Translations under genes and position numbers: made by a program | In this document: positions 21,774 to 31,408 of the stretch, in pieces | How positions within the stretch are numbered: position 1 is the stretch's first letter | Layout of the letters: each line of letters opens with the position of its first letter | Notes under the pieces: model-generated | Told to the model about the DNA's origin: nothing | What the model saw: only the letters and a program-made list of their open reading frames with translations | The model's database searches: none | NCBI GenBank assembly: GCA_964523615.1 | Contig: CAZFZU010000004.1 | Location: forward strand, 9,575-73,574 | Length of the DNA stretch: 64,000 nt | Source of the DNA: an uncultured Eubacteriales bacterium | Lineage (GTDB): Bacteria; Acidobacteriota; Aminicenantia; Aminicenantales; Saccharicenantaceae | Direction: 5' to 3'

Positions 21774-23069
21774 TTATAGGTGCCAGGGGGCGCGCATAGG
21801 CTGGCTCACGAGGCGGTTAGCGGCCTCGTCCCCGGGGAAGGTCTCGGTCTCCGGGTCGAATTTCAGGGACCGCCCGAGCTGGACGGCGATCTTGGCCAAG
21901 TTGACCAGGGTGCACGAGCGGTGGCCGTTCGTTTCGTTGAGGGCGAAAGGGGTCCGGGTCCGGACGGCCTCGGAGAAGTCCGTGACCTGGGGCGGCGGGT
22001 CGGGCAGGGTGGCCAGCGTCCGACGCAGGTCGGGGATGTCCGATACGAAGCCCCTGTAAAGCTTGCCTTCGGGCCCCTCGAGGAAGGGCGCCGACTTGTC
22101 CCGGTTCTCGCCGTCGAGGACGATGACGCAGCCGTCGGCGTACTTGAGCTCGATGCGCCGCCAGGCGCCGCAGGCGTCGGGATGCTGTTGGGGGCAATCG
22201 GCGAAGATCTCGACGGGCGACTCGCCGTCCTTGTCGAGGATGTACTGGACGGGGTCGAGGTAGTGCATGCCCATGTCGCCGAGGCCGCCGCCGTCGTAGT
22301 CCCAGTAACCGCGGAAGGTGCCGTGGACGCGATGGGGATGGTAGGGCTTCCAGGGCGCCGGGCCGAGCCAGAAGTCGTAGTCGAGCTCGGGCGGCGACGG
22401 CTCGGGCTTGGCGTAGGTCAGGCCGCTCCAGTAGAACTTCCAGTCGAAGCCGGTCGTGGCGCTGACGGTGGCCTTGATCGGCCAGCCGAGCAGGCCGTTC
22501 CGGACGGCCTTCTTGATGGGCTTGACGTCGGTGCCGAAGCCGTAAAAGCGGTCCGTGAAGCGGAACCAGGTGTTGACGCGGAAGACGCGCCCGGTGCGCC
22601 TCACGGTGTCGACCAGGGCCCGGCCCTCGGCGATGGTCCGGGTCAGGGGCTTCTCGCACCAGACGTCCTTGCCGGCCTCGGCCGCGGCGATGGCGATGAG
22701 GGCGTGCCAGTGCGGCGGCGTGGCGATGTGGACGATGTCGATGTCGGGCCGGGCCAGGACCTCGCGGAAGTCCGTGTGACCGGAAACGCCGGGGCCGGCC
22801 GTCTCCAGGGCCGCGGCCAGGTGCCCGCGGTCGACGTCGCAGACGGCCCGCAGCACGGAGCCGGGGTAGCCGAGATGGCCGCGGCCCATGCCCCCGACGC
22901 CGATGACGGCCTTGGTCAGGGTGTCGCTCGGGGCGACGTAGCCCTGGCCGCCGAGGACGCGGCGGGGGACGATCGTCACGGCGGCCGCGGCGGCGGCGCC
23001 GGCGCGGATGAACTGGCGGCGGTTCATGAAGGGTGATCGCGGCATGGGTCGATCCTCTCGCGGGGACAT
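21774..23069 (-). CDS. Tat-exported Gfo/Idh/MocA-family oxidoreductase
   Basis: Twin-arginine signal (MNRRQFIRAGAAAAAA) and Rossmann GVGGMG; typical EKP motif (WCEKPL). The start could be any of three in-frame Mets (23069, 23045 or 23027). It ends 23 nt upstream of the HEAT/DUF1080 gene. Confidence 0.85.
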   Translation of the reverse strand: MSPREDRPMPRSPFMNRRQFIRAGAAAAAAVTIVPRRVLGGQGYVAPSDTLTKAVIGVGGMGRGHLGYPGSVLRAVCDVDRGHLAAALETAGPGVSGHTDFREVLARPDIDIVHIATPPHWHALIAIAAAEAGKDVWCEKPLTRTIAEGRALVDTVRRTGRVFRVNTWFRFTDRFYGFGTDVKPIKKAVRNGLLGWPIKATVSATTGFDWKFYWSGLTYAKPEPSPPELDYDFWLGPAPWKPYHPHRVHGTFRGYWDYDGGGLGDMGMHYLDPVQYILDKDGESPVEIFADCPQQHPDACGAWRRIELKYADGCVIVLDGENRDKSAPFLEGPEGKLYRGFVSDIPDLRRTLATLPDPPPQVTDFSEAVRTRTPFALNETNGHRSCTLVNLAKIAVQLGRSLKFDPETETFPGDEAANRLVSQPMRAPWHL

Positions 23070-23221
23070 TCCGGGACATTATATTACAATTCGCCGGAAG
23101 ATTCGGCGGCGGCCGCAGTCTAATGAAGTGAATGGCCGGACCCTGCCCGATCGTCCGTCACGGCGCTCCCGCCCCGGGGGCGCTTCGCGCGCCGGCCTTT
23201 CGCACCGACAAGGAGGTCCCC

Positions 23222-25300
23222 ATGAGTCCTTCCTCCCACGGCCCCGTCCGCCCGGCGTCCGCCGCGGCGGCGCTCCTGGGCCTCATCCTCGTTCTCTCGT
23301 CCGGCGCCGGACCCGCGGCCGCGCAGGACAAGTCCGGCTACCGCGACGGCGCCGCCCTCGCCAAGGCCGTCCAGGCCCTGGCCGCGGCCAACAAAGCCGT
23401 CGTCCGGGTCGCGTCCTTCGGCAAGACCAGGGGCGGCCGCGACCTCTGGGCCCTCGAGATCGCCAAGCCCGGCCCCGTGCCGCCGGGCGAGCGCCCGGCC
23501 CTGCTCGTCGCGGCGGGCTTCGAAGGCGACCACCTCGCCGGGACGGAGATCGCCCTGGCGGTGGCCGAAGCCCTGGCCAGGGACCCGTCCACGGAAGCCA
23601 CGGTCTACGTCCTGCCGCGCCTCAATCCCGACGGCGCCGAGGGATTCTTCGCCCCGCTCAAGACGGGGGCCAGGACCAACCTCGAGCCGTACGACGACGA
23701 CAACGACGGCCGCGTCGACGAGGACGGTCCCGAGGACCTCGACGGCGACGGATTCGTCACGGTCATGCGGGTCCCCACGGCCGGCGGCGAGTTCATGGTC
23801 GATCCCGAGGACGCCCGGCTGATGAAACGGGCCGACCCGAAGAAGGGCGAGACCGGGGCCTACCGGCTGTTCACGGAAGGGGTCGACAACGACGGCGACG
23901 GCTTCGTCGACGAGGACCCGCCCGGCGGGACCGACCTCGGACGCAATTTCGCCCACGACTATCCCTATTACAAACCCGGCGCCGGACCCCACATGGTCAG
24001 CGCCGCCGAGGCCCGGGCCCTGATGGCCTGGATCGTCGCCCACCGCAACGTCGCGGCCATCCTGACCTTCGGGGAGAGCGACAACCTCATCGTCCCGCCG
24101 ACGGGCGCCGGCCGCCTGGGCCCGGCCCGCGAGCTGGACCTGGTCCGCTTCGCGGATACGGCCGTCGCGGCCGCCCGCGCGGCCGGGTTCGTCCAGACCG
24201 GCGGGGCCATGGGCTTCGGCCGCGGCGGCCGGATGATGATGGGCGAGTTCTCCATGGACATGCTCATGGGCGGCGGGGGGCGGGCCTCCCAGCGCGGCGC
24301 CCCCGCTCAGGGCGGCGCGGAGTCCTTCCGGTCCATGATGCCCGACCGCAAGCCGGCGACCACGGTCGCGGCGGCCGACGTCGACTACTTCCGATCCGTT
24401 TCGGACAAGTACATCGAGCTCACCGGCATCCGCCAGCCGCTCCGTGCGCGCGAGCCGCAGGGGGCCTTCTTCCAGTACGGCTACTTCCAGTTCGGCGTGC
24501 CCTCGTTCTCCACGCCCGGGTTCGGCCTGACGACGGCCGAGCCGGGGCGCCGGACGATGGGCGGAGGGGCACCGGGCGCGGGCGAAGCCGGCCCGCCGGC
24601 CGGGTCCGGCCGGGCCTCCTCCGGCGGCGGCGCCGTCACTATCGTCGCCGCCTCGGGCGGGCCCGAGGGATTCACCGCGATGACGATGGGCCCGGGCGGC
24701 GCGATGGGCGGCTTCGGCCAGGGTCCGGCCGCGGGCGGCGGTCCGGCCGCCGCGGCGGCGCCCGGCGTCGACCGCCAGGTCCTCAAATGGCTCGACGGCG
24801 AGAAGATCGACGGCTTCGCCAAGTGGACCAAGGTCAAGCACGCCGAGTTCGGCGAGGTCGAGATCGGCGGCTTCAAGCCCTACGCCACGGCCAATCCGCC
24901 GGCGGCCAAGCTCGAGGCGCTCGGGGCCGCCCACGCCAAGTTCGCCGCCTACCTCCTGACGCTCTTCCCGCGGGTCCGAGTGGCCGCCCTCGAAGCGGCC
25001 GCCCTGGGCGGCGGCCTCTACCGCGTCAAGGCCGAGGTCGAGAACGCCGGTTTCTGGCCCACGGCGCTGGCCCAGGCCGTGACGGCCCGGTCGGTCAAGC
25101 CGGTCATGGTCCAGCTCGGCGTCGACCCCGGCGCGATCGTCTCCGGGAGCGCCAAGACGTCCTTCGTTCCGACCCTGGCCGGCTCGGGCGGCCGGGCTAA
25201 ATACGAGTGGCTCGTCAAGGGCAAGGCCGGCCAAGCCGTGGAGATCCTGGTCCGGTCGGAGAAAGGCGGGTCGGCCACGGCCCGGGTCACCTTGAAGTGA
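23222..25300 (+). CDS. M14 carboxypeptidase-like protein with degenerate zinc site and Gly/Ala/Met-rich insert (probable pseudopeptidase)
   Basis: Paralogous to the next gene (NPDG, DDDNDG..DEDGPEDLDGDG, VDNDGDGFVDED, DLGRNF). The position of HxxE reads EGDH (23522-23533) and the third ligand His aligns with Gly. Start set at ATG 23222, ahead of the signal peptide. Confidence 0.7.
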   Translation: MSPSSHGPVRPASAAAALLGLILVLSSGAGPAAAQDKSGYRDGAALAKAVQALAAANKAVVRVASFGKTRGGRDLWALEIAKPGPVPPGERPALLVAAGFEGDHLAGTEIALAVAEALARDPSTEATVYVLPRLNPDGAEGFFAPLKTGARTNLEPYDDDNDGRVDEDGPEDLDGDGFVTVMRVPTAGGEFMVDPEDARLMKRADPKKGETGAYRLFTEGVDNDGDGFVDEDPPGGTDLGRNFAHDYPYYKPGAGPHMVSAAEARALMAWIVAHRNVAAILTFGESDNLIVPPTGAGRLGPARELDLVRFADTAVAAARAAGFVQTGGAMGFGRGGRMMMGEFSMDMLMGGGGRASQRGAPAQGGAESFRSMMPDRKPATTVAAADVDYFRSVSDKYIELTGIRQPLRAREPQGAFFQYGYFQFGVPSFSTPGFGLTTAEPGRRTMGGGAPGAGEAGPPAGSGRASSGGGAVTIVAASGGPEGFTAMTMGPGGAMGGFGQGPAAGGGPAAAAAPGVDRQVLKWLDGEKIDGFAKWTKVKHAEFGEVEIGGFKPYATANPPAAKLEALGAAHAKFAAYLLTLFPRVRVAALEAAALGGGLYRVKAEVENAGFWPTALAQAVTARSVKPVMVQLGVDPGAIVSGSAKTSFVPTLAGSGGRAKYEWLVKGKAGQAVEILVRSEKGGSATARVTLK

Positions 25301-25311
25301 AGGAGGCGAAC

Positions 25312-27096
25312 ATGAGAACGCGCAAGACCCCGATCCTGGCTCTGGCCGCGGCGGCCGGGCTCCTGCTCCTGGCCCCCTTCGCCCCGGCCCAGAAGGCCTC
25401 CGATCCGGCCTTCAAGGTCAAGCTCGACTTCAACCGCTGGCACGATACGGGCGAGCTCTACGCCGATATGGCCCGCCTCCGGGACGCCTTCCCCAAGTTC
25501 CTCAAGCTCGAGTCCATCGGGAAGAGCCACGACGGGCGGGATCTGATGCTCATGACCGTCAACAACCCGGCCACGGGGCCCGAGTCCGGTAAAGCCGGCA
25601 TGTACATCGAGGCCAACGTCCACGGCAACGAGATCCAGGGCGGCGAGGTCTGCCTGTACACCATTTGGTACCTCATGGAGAATTACGGCCGCATCCCGGA
25701 CGTGACCCGGATGGTCGACGAGCGGGTCTTCTACATCATCCCGACCGTCAATCCCGACGGGCGGCAGTACTTCATGGAGGCCCCGGGCGGCAACGCCCGC
25801 TCCGGGCACGTCCCCGTCGACGACGACAACGACGGCCTGTTCGACGAGGACCCGCCCGAGGACGTCAACGGCAACGGCGTCGTCGAGCAGATCCGCATGC
25901 GCGTCCCCGGCCAAGGCAATTACCGCGTCAGCCGGACCAACCCCGACACCCTCGAGCCGGTGCCCTTCGGCGAGACCGGCGATTACATCCTCCTCGGCCA
26001 GGAGGGCGTCGACAACGACGGCGACGGGATGGTCAACGAGGACGGTCCCGGCAGCTACGACGGCAACCGCAACTGGCCCAGCGACTGGCAGCCCAACTAC
26101 GTCCAGAGCGGGGCCATGGACTATCCCTTCCAGCTGCCCGAAGCCAAGGCCGTCGGCGACTTCCTCAAGGCCCACCCCAACATCGCCGGCGTCCAGTCCT
26201 ACCACAACAGCGGCGGCATGATCCTGCGCGGGCCGGGGGCCGAGGCGGTCGGGGAATACCCGATGACCGACGTCCGGTTCTACGACGAGCTCGGCCGCAA
26301 CGGCGAGCGCATCCTGCCCTTCTACCGCTACATCGTCCTCTGGAGCGGCCTCTACACCGTGCACGGCGGCTTCATCGATTACACCAACGACGGCCTGGGC
26401 ATCGTCTCCTTCTCCAACGAGCTCTGGAGCAGCGACCAGTATTTCACCAGCCCGGCCCTCAAGGAGCAGCAGCAGGACCCCTCGAGCCCCATCGCCCCGG
26501 CCCAGTCGCGCTACTACTTCGACCGCTATCTCGAGTTCGGCGACCAGTTCGTCGAGTGGGCGCCCTTCGACCATCCCCAGTTCGGGCCGGTCGAGATGGG
26601 CGGCGTCTGGAAGAAGACCCAGGGCCGCGTCCCGCCCCGGTTCATGAACGAGGAGCTCTGCCACCGCAACATGGCCTTCTCCCTCTACCAGGCCGACCAG
26701 ATGCCCCTCGTCGGCCTCGGCGCGACCGAGGTCGAGCGGATCGGCGGCGACGTCTACCGCGTTTCCGTCGACCTCGTCAACTCGCGGGTCGCTCCGACGA
26801 TCATGGCCCGGGCGGCGCAGAACGGCACGGTCCGGCCCGACCTGCTCCTCTTCGAGGGCAAGGGGGCCGAGGTCCTGGCGGCCAGCTTCGTCGACAACAA
26901 GACGGTCTACAAGGCCAATCCGTCGGTGACCCCTCTCGTCGACCAGAAGGACCTCGGGCGGATCATCGTCCGCAACGGCCTGCCGGGCAAGACGACCCGC
27001 ACGGCGATCCTCATCGTCAAGGGGTCCGGGGCGGTCAAGGTGACCTACGACAGCGTCAAAGGCGGTCGGCCGAGCAAGGCGGTCACCCTGAAGTGA
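25312..27096 (+). CDS. Secreted M14-family zinc carboxypeptidase
   Basis: AGGAGG RBS and signal peptide. HGNE zinc motif at 25621-25632, plus NPDG, GNRNW and SYHNSGG. Confidence 0.8.
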   Translation: MRTRKTPILALAAAAGLLLLAPFAPAQKASDPAFKVKLDFNRWHDTGELYADMARLRDAFPKFLKLESIGKSHDGRDLMLMTVNNPATGPESGKAGMYIEANVHGNEIQGGEVCLYTIWYLMENYGRIPDVTRMVDERVFYIIPTVNPDGRQYFMEAPGGNARSGHVPVDDDNDGLFDEDPPEDVNGNGVVEQIRMRVPGQGNYRVSRTNPDTLEPVPFGETGDYILLGQEGVDNDGDGMVNEDGPGSYDGNRNWPSDWQPNYVQSGAMDYPFQLPEAKAVGDFLKAHPNIAGVQSYHNSGGMILRGPGAEAVGEYPMTDVRFYDELGRNGERILPFYRYIVLWSGLYTVHGGFIDYTNDGLGIVSFSNELWSSDQYFTSPALKEQQQDPSSPIAPAQSRYYFDRYLEFGDQFVEWAPFDHPQFGPVEMGGVWKKTQGRVPPRFMNEELCHRNMAFSLYQADQMPLVGLGATEVERIGGDVYRVSVDLVNSRVAPTIMARAAQNGTVRPDLLLFEGKGAEVLAASFVDNKTVYKANPSVTPLVDQKDLGRIIVRNGLPGKTTRTAILIVKGSGAVKVTYDSVKGGRPSKAVTLK

Positions 27097-27211
27097 CGGT
27101 CCCCCGGGGGAGACGTCCCCGCGCGGGCCGTCTCCCCCGTCCTCTTCCTTTCGCTCCCGGGGAACTTCCCGGCCTCGCGCTTCGTCATTATGGATAATGA
27201 CGGAGGTTCCT

Positions 27212-27919
27212 ATGAAAAAAACCGCGTTTTTGGCTCTCTCCATCCTGCTCGCCTGCGGCTCCCTAGCCGCCCTGGACACCACCAAGACCCTGACCCTTCC
27301 GGCGGAGGGCCTCAAGACGTTGGAGGTCCGGGCCGGAGCCGGCACCCTCGAAGTGATCGGACACGACGGCGCGGCCGCGATCGAGGTCCGGGCGGAGATC
27401 GTCGCCAAGGGCGTCGACGACGAGGACCTGGAAGCGTTCCTGAAGGACCGGGTCGAGCTGACCCTGGAGAAGAAGGGGGATCGAGCGGTCCTGGTCGGCC
27501 ATATCAGGGAGAGTTTCCGGATCTTCAGTTTCGAGAGCGCCGTCATCAACCTGACGGTCTCGGTCCCTAAAGCCCTGCTCCTCGACGTCGACGACGGCTC
27601 GGGCGGCCTGATCATCGAGGACGTGGCCGCGGTCCGGCTCGAGGACGGTTCCGGATCGGTCCGGATCGGCCGCGTCGCCGGATCGGTCGAGATCGACGAC
27701 GGCTCCGGGGGGATCGAGATCGCCGACGTCGGCGGGGACGTCTCGATCGAGGACGGCTCGGGCGAGATCGACATCCGCCGGGTCGGCGGGACGGTGACGG
27801 TCGACGACGGCTCGGGGTCCATCTCGATCGACGGCGTGGAGAAGGACGTCCGGATCGTCAGCGCCGGAAGCGGCGGCGTCGACGTCACCGGCGTCAAGGG
27901 CAGGGTCATCCGCGGCTGA
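27212..27919 (+). CDS. DUF4097-like beta-helical repeat protein (putative lipoprotein/adhesin)
   Basis: GGAGG RBS; signal peptide with Cys (SILLAC). Six or more tandem ~20-aa units of the type DDGSG.I.I..V.G.V. Confidence 0.7.
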   Translation: MKKTAFLALSILLACGSLAALDTTKTLTLPAEGLKTLEVRAGAGTLEVIGHDGAAAIEVRAEIVAKGVDDEDLEAFLKDRVELTLEKKGDRAVLVGHIRESFRIFSFESAVINLTVSVPKALLLDVDDGSGGLIIEDVAAVRLEDGSGSVRIGRVAGSVEIDDGSGGIEIADVGGDVSIEDGSGEIDIRRVGGTVTVDDGSGSISIDGVEKDVRIVSAGSGGVDVTGVKGRVIRG

Positions 27920-28122
27920 GCGGGGCGCTCAGCCCTGAACGGGTCCTGTCCGGCCGGCCTACCCGGAGCGTAGCGGAGGACCAGATGCGCCGCGGAGCGG
28001 CTCGGAGCGGCGCGTCTGGGAAGTATCTTAAGGAAGCTGGGGAACCCCTTCCGCCTCCAGGCGAACGGGGACTATCCCCCGGCCACCCGTTCCGGGCAAT
28101 TCGCGCCCCTCTTAGGGAAGCG

Positions 28123-30012
28123 TTAGAACAGCCCGGTGACCTTACCGGTCTCGAGGTCGAGGTCGACGTCGAAGTAGACCGGCCGGGTCGGCAGGCCGGG
28201 CATGGTCCTCATGTCGCCGCAGAGAGGGTATAGGAATCCCGCTCCCACGCTGGCCTTGATATCGCGGACCGGCAGGATGAAGTTGCGGGGCACGCCTTTC
28301 AGGTTCGGATCGTGGCTCAGGCTGAGGTGCGTCTTGGCCATGCAGATGGGCAGCTTGTCGAAGCCGAGCCGGGTGTAGAGGGCGATCTTGGCCTCGGCCT
28401 CCGGAGCGTACTCGACGCCGTCGGCGCCGTAGATCTGGGTGGCGATGGCCTCGATCTTCCTCTTGATGTCCCACTCGAGCGGGTAGAGGAAGCGGAAGTC
28501 GCGCGGTTTGGCGCACGCGGCCATGACGGCCTCGGCCAGGGCCACGGCCCCGGCCCCGCCATCGGCCCAGTGGGTGCAGGGGACGGCGTCCTCGGCCCCG
28601 ACGGCCAGGGCGGCCTTGCGGATGAGCTCGATCTCGGCGTCGGTGTCCGCGGTGAAGCGGTTGACGGCCACGACGACGGGGACGCCGAAGAGCTTGGCGT
28701 TGCGGATGTGGGCGGTCAGGTTGGCCAGGCCCTTGGCCAGGAGATCGAGGTTCTCGTCGGTGTATTCGGGCGCCAGCGGCTTGCCGGCCACGACCTTGGG
28801 GCCGCCGCCGTGCATCTTGAGGGCCCGGACGGTGGCCACCAGGACGACGCAGCTGGGCTGGAGGCCGCTGGCCCGGCACTTGATGTTCATGAACTTCTCC
28901 ATGCCGCAGTCGGCCCCGAAGCCCGACTCCGTGACGACGAAGCCGTCGGCGCCGACGAGCCGCAGGGCGATCTGGTCGGCGATGATGGAGGAGTTGCCGT
29001 GGGCGATGTTGGCGAAGGGGCCGGCGTGGACGATGGCCGGCGTGTTCTCGACCGTCTGCATGAGGTTGGGCATGAGGGCGTCCTTCATCAGGACGGTCAG
29101 GGCCCCGCCCACGCCGAGGTCGTCGGCCGTGACGGGCTCACCCGCCTTGCTCGTGCCGATGACGATCCGGCCGAGGCGCTCGCGCATGTCGGCCAGGCCG
29201 TTGGTCAGGGCCAGGATGGCCATGATCTCGGAGGCCACGGTGATGTCGAAGCCGGTGTCCCGGACCTGGCCCTTCTCCTCGGGTCCGAGCCCGATCTTGA
29301 TCCCCCGGAGGAAGCGGTCGCTGATGTCGATGACCCGGTTCCAGGTGATGCTGGCCGGGTCGATGTCGAGGCGGAACACGCGCCGCTTCTCCTCGGGCGT
29401 CAGGTCGGCCGGGTCCGCCTTGTCGATGCCGAGCTTCCTCAGCCGGCGGAGCATGATCGGCGAGAAGCGCCGCTGGCCCTTCTTGTTGGCCGGGCAGAAG
29501 GCGTTGAAGAGCTTCTCGTCGTCCTGGCTCGACTCGTGGAGGATGCGGACGTCGATGGCCGCGGCCAGGAGGTTGTTGGCCGCCGTGATGGCGTGGATGT
29601 CGCCGGTCAGGTGGAGGTTGAAGTCCTCCATGGGCACGACCTGGGAATAGCCGCCCCCGGCCGCGCCGCCCTTGATGCCGAAGGTCGGGCCCATGCTGGG
29701 CTGGCGGACAACGGTGACGACCTTCTTTCCCAGGTGGGCGCCGAGGGCCTGGCTCAGGCCGACGGTCGTGGTCGTCTTGCCCTCGCCGAGCGGCGTCGGG
29801 GTGATGGCCGTCACGTCGACGTAATGCCCCAGGGGCATGTCCTTGAAACGGTCGAGGACGTCGAGGTGGATCTTGGCCTTGAACTTTCCGTAGAGGTCGA
29901 GGTCGTCCTCATTCAGGCCGAGCTGGGCGGCGACCTTGACGGCCGGGTCGAGGGTCGTCGCTTGGGCGATGTCGATGTCGCTCGGGACGGGCGTGACGAT
30001 CTTCACGGACAT
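28123..30012 (-). CDS. fhs: Formate--tetrahydrofolate ligase, long (eukaryote-like) form
   Basis: [16 protein letters not shown]-loop and [16 protein letters not shown]. 629 aa, including the ~60-70 aa segment (..[34 protein letters not shown]) that I recall from the eukaryotic C1-THF synthase domain. Confidence 0.95.
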   Translation of the reverse strand: MSVKIVTPVPSDIDIAQATTLDPAVKVAAQLGLNEDDLDLYGKFKAKIHLDVLDRFKDMPLGHYVDVTAITPTPLGEGKTTTTVGLSQALGAHLGKKVVTVVRQPSMGPTFGIKGGAAGGGYSQVVPMEDFNLHLTGDIHAITAANNLLAAAIDVRILHESSQDDEKLFNAFCPANKKGQRRFSPIMLRRLRKLGIDKADPADLTPEEKRRVFRLDIDPASITWNRVIDISDRFLRGIKIGLGPEEKGQVRDTGFDITVASEIMAILALTNGLADMRERLGRIVIGTSKAGEPVTADDLGVGGALTVLMKDALMPNLMQTVENTPAIVHAGPFANIAHGNSSIIADQIALRLVGADGFVVTESGFGADCGMEKFMNIKCRASGLQPSCVVLVATVRALKMHGGGPKVVAGKPLAPEYTDENLDLLAKGLANLTAHIRNAKLFGVPVVVAVNRFTADTDAEIELIRKAALAVGAEDAVPCTHWADGGAGAVALAEAVMAACAKPRDFRFLYPLEWDIKRKIEAIATQIYGADGVEYAPEAEAKIALYTRLGFDKLPICMAKTHLSLSHDPNLKGVPRNFILPVRDIKASVGAGFLYPLCGDMRTMPGLPTRPVYFDVDLDLETGKVTGLF

Positions 30013-30092
30013 GGGGGCCTCCCTTTTCTCGAGGTGGGGCTATGGTAAGGGGAAATCGGCCGGAAGGCAAGCCCCCCCCGCCGCCTCGGACG

Positions 30093-31391
30093 CTACATGC
30101 TGATCGAGATGCTCCGGCCGCCGTTGCCGAACCGCGGGTTGACGACGTTGCTGCGGGTCGAGCCGAAGGAGAAGTTGAAGCCGACCGAGAGCGAGTAGTC
30201 GTAGCCCGTGGCCAGCTGCTTTTGGCGGAGGAGGATCTCCTCCAGGGTCGCCCCCGCGGCCGACAGGGCCAGCTGGTCCCGGATCCGGGTATAGCTGCCG
30301 TCGACGGTGAAGCTCAGGCCGCGCCAGACGCGGAACTCCAGCTCGGCCTCGAGCTCGAGCCGGTTCTTGGAGAAGTCGTGGAAGAAATGGGACCCCTCGA
30401 GCTGGACGGAGGCCTTGCCCCAGGGCCGGACGACCTCGTAGGCGACGTTGAGGGCTCCCTGCGCGAGGGTCTCGGCGGTCTTGAAATAGATGGTCTCCTC
30501 ATTGTAGCGGACCCGCGTCAGGCCGAAGCGGTAGAGGACGCGCAGCTGGCGCTTGGTCGATTCGGAGTAGGGGAAGACGTCGAACTCGATCGCCGGTGCG
30601 GCGGTCAGGGCCAGCTTGAGATTGCCGTAGCTCGAGGACGAGGCTTCGACGAAGCCGCCGGCCGACCAGTGCTCGCCCAGGCTCTTGACGATCAGGGCCG
30701 AGCCGCCGTAGCCGTGCTGCGAGCTCTCGTAGGTCTCGCCGCCGCCGAGATCGAACCAGTTGTCGCTCCAGTTGCCGTAGACCTGGGTCCGGACCTTGAG
30801 GGCCGGAGTGACCCGGTTGGCCGAGACCGAGGCGTAATAGGACCCGCTCTTGTATTGGGTTTCGCCCATGAGGAAGGCGTTGCCGCTCACGCTGAAGACC
30901 CAGAAGTCCCACTTGTCGTTGACAGACGTCGGCTTGGCCTGGTCGAGGAACTTGACCGAGAGGTCCCTGGCGACCGGCGTCTTGGCCGCGTAGCGCAGCA
31001 GGCCGAGCTTGAGCGTCCCGGCCAGCCCTTTCCGGACCTCCTCGGGGGGCGCCCCGGCGGGAGGATCGAAGTGGAGGGTGTTGTCGTCGCCCAGGAACTC
31101 GCGCAGGCCGGCGAACTCGAGAAGGAAACCGCCGCGGCCGGGCGGCCCGGCGGGCGTGACCGTGACCCGGACCTGGGCGGCGGCGAGCTCGGGCACGAAT
31201 TCGACGAAGGCGATCTCCCCGGCCAGGAAGCCGAGGTCGAGCCCGGGGCCGTCGACGAAGACCTTGGGCCGGGGCGGTGGCCCGGTGGGCGGCCCGGCCG
31301 GTCCCGGCGGCGGGACCTGGGCCGCGGCGGCCGCGGCCAGGACGAGGACGGCCAGGAGCGGGAAGGCGATGCGGCGGCGTTCGTTGATCAT
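30093..31391 (-). CDS. Uncharacterised outer-membrane beta-barrel-like protein, paralog A
   Basis: AGGAGA RBS and signal peptide (MINERRRIAFPLLAVLVLAAAAAAQ). Alternating-hydrophobicity strands; clear paralogy to 31409-32746. The upstream part of the track ORF (to 32018) is out of context. Confidence 0.6.
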   Translation of the reverse strand: MINERRRIAFPLLAVLVLAAAAAAQVPPPGPAGPPTGPPPRPKVFVDGPGLDLGFLAGEIAFVEFVPELAAAQVRVTVTPAGPPGRGGFLLEFAGLREFLGDDNTLHFDPPAGAPPEEVRKGLAGTLKLGLLRYAAKTPVARDLSVKFLDQAKPTSVNDKWDFWVFSVSGNAFLMGETQYKSGSYYASVSANRVTPALKVRTQVYGNWSDNWFDLGGGETYESSQHGYGGSALIVKSLGEHWSAGGFVEASSSSYGNLKLALTAAPAIEFDVFPYSESTKRQLRVLYRFGLTRVRYNEETIYFKTAETLAQGALNVAYEVVRPWGKASVQLEGSHFFHDFSKNRLELEAELEFRVWRGLSFTVDGSYTRIRDQLALSAAGATLEEILLRQKQLATGYDYSLSVGFNFSFGSTRSNVVNPRFGNGGRSISISM

Positions 31392-31408
31392 GGCTGTCTC
31401 CTGTCCCT

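Noticed and set aside
24180-24780. Repetitive-looking GGC/GCC-rich DNA, considered as a possible tandem repeat or CRISPR-like array.
   Set aside because: It is in-frame low-complexity coding sequence (Gly/Ala/Pro/Met) of the first M14 paralog, with no regular repeat-spacer periodicity.
27914-27934. 9-bp GC hairpin (GGCTGAGCG-GGG-CGCTCAGCC) spanning the DUF4097 stop codon (27917-27919), as a possible terminator.
   Set aside because: No U-tract follows on either strand, so I did not call an intrinsic terminator.
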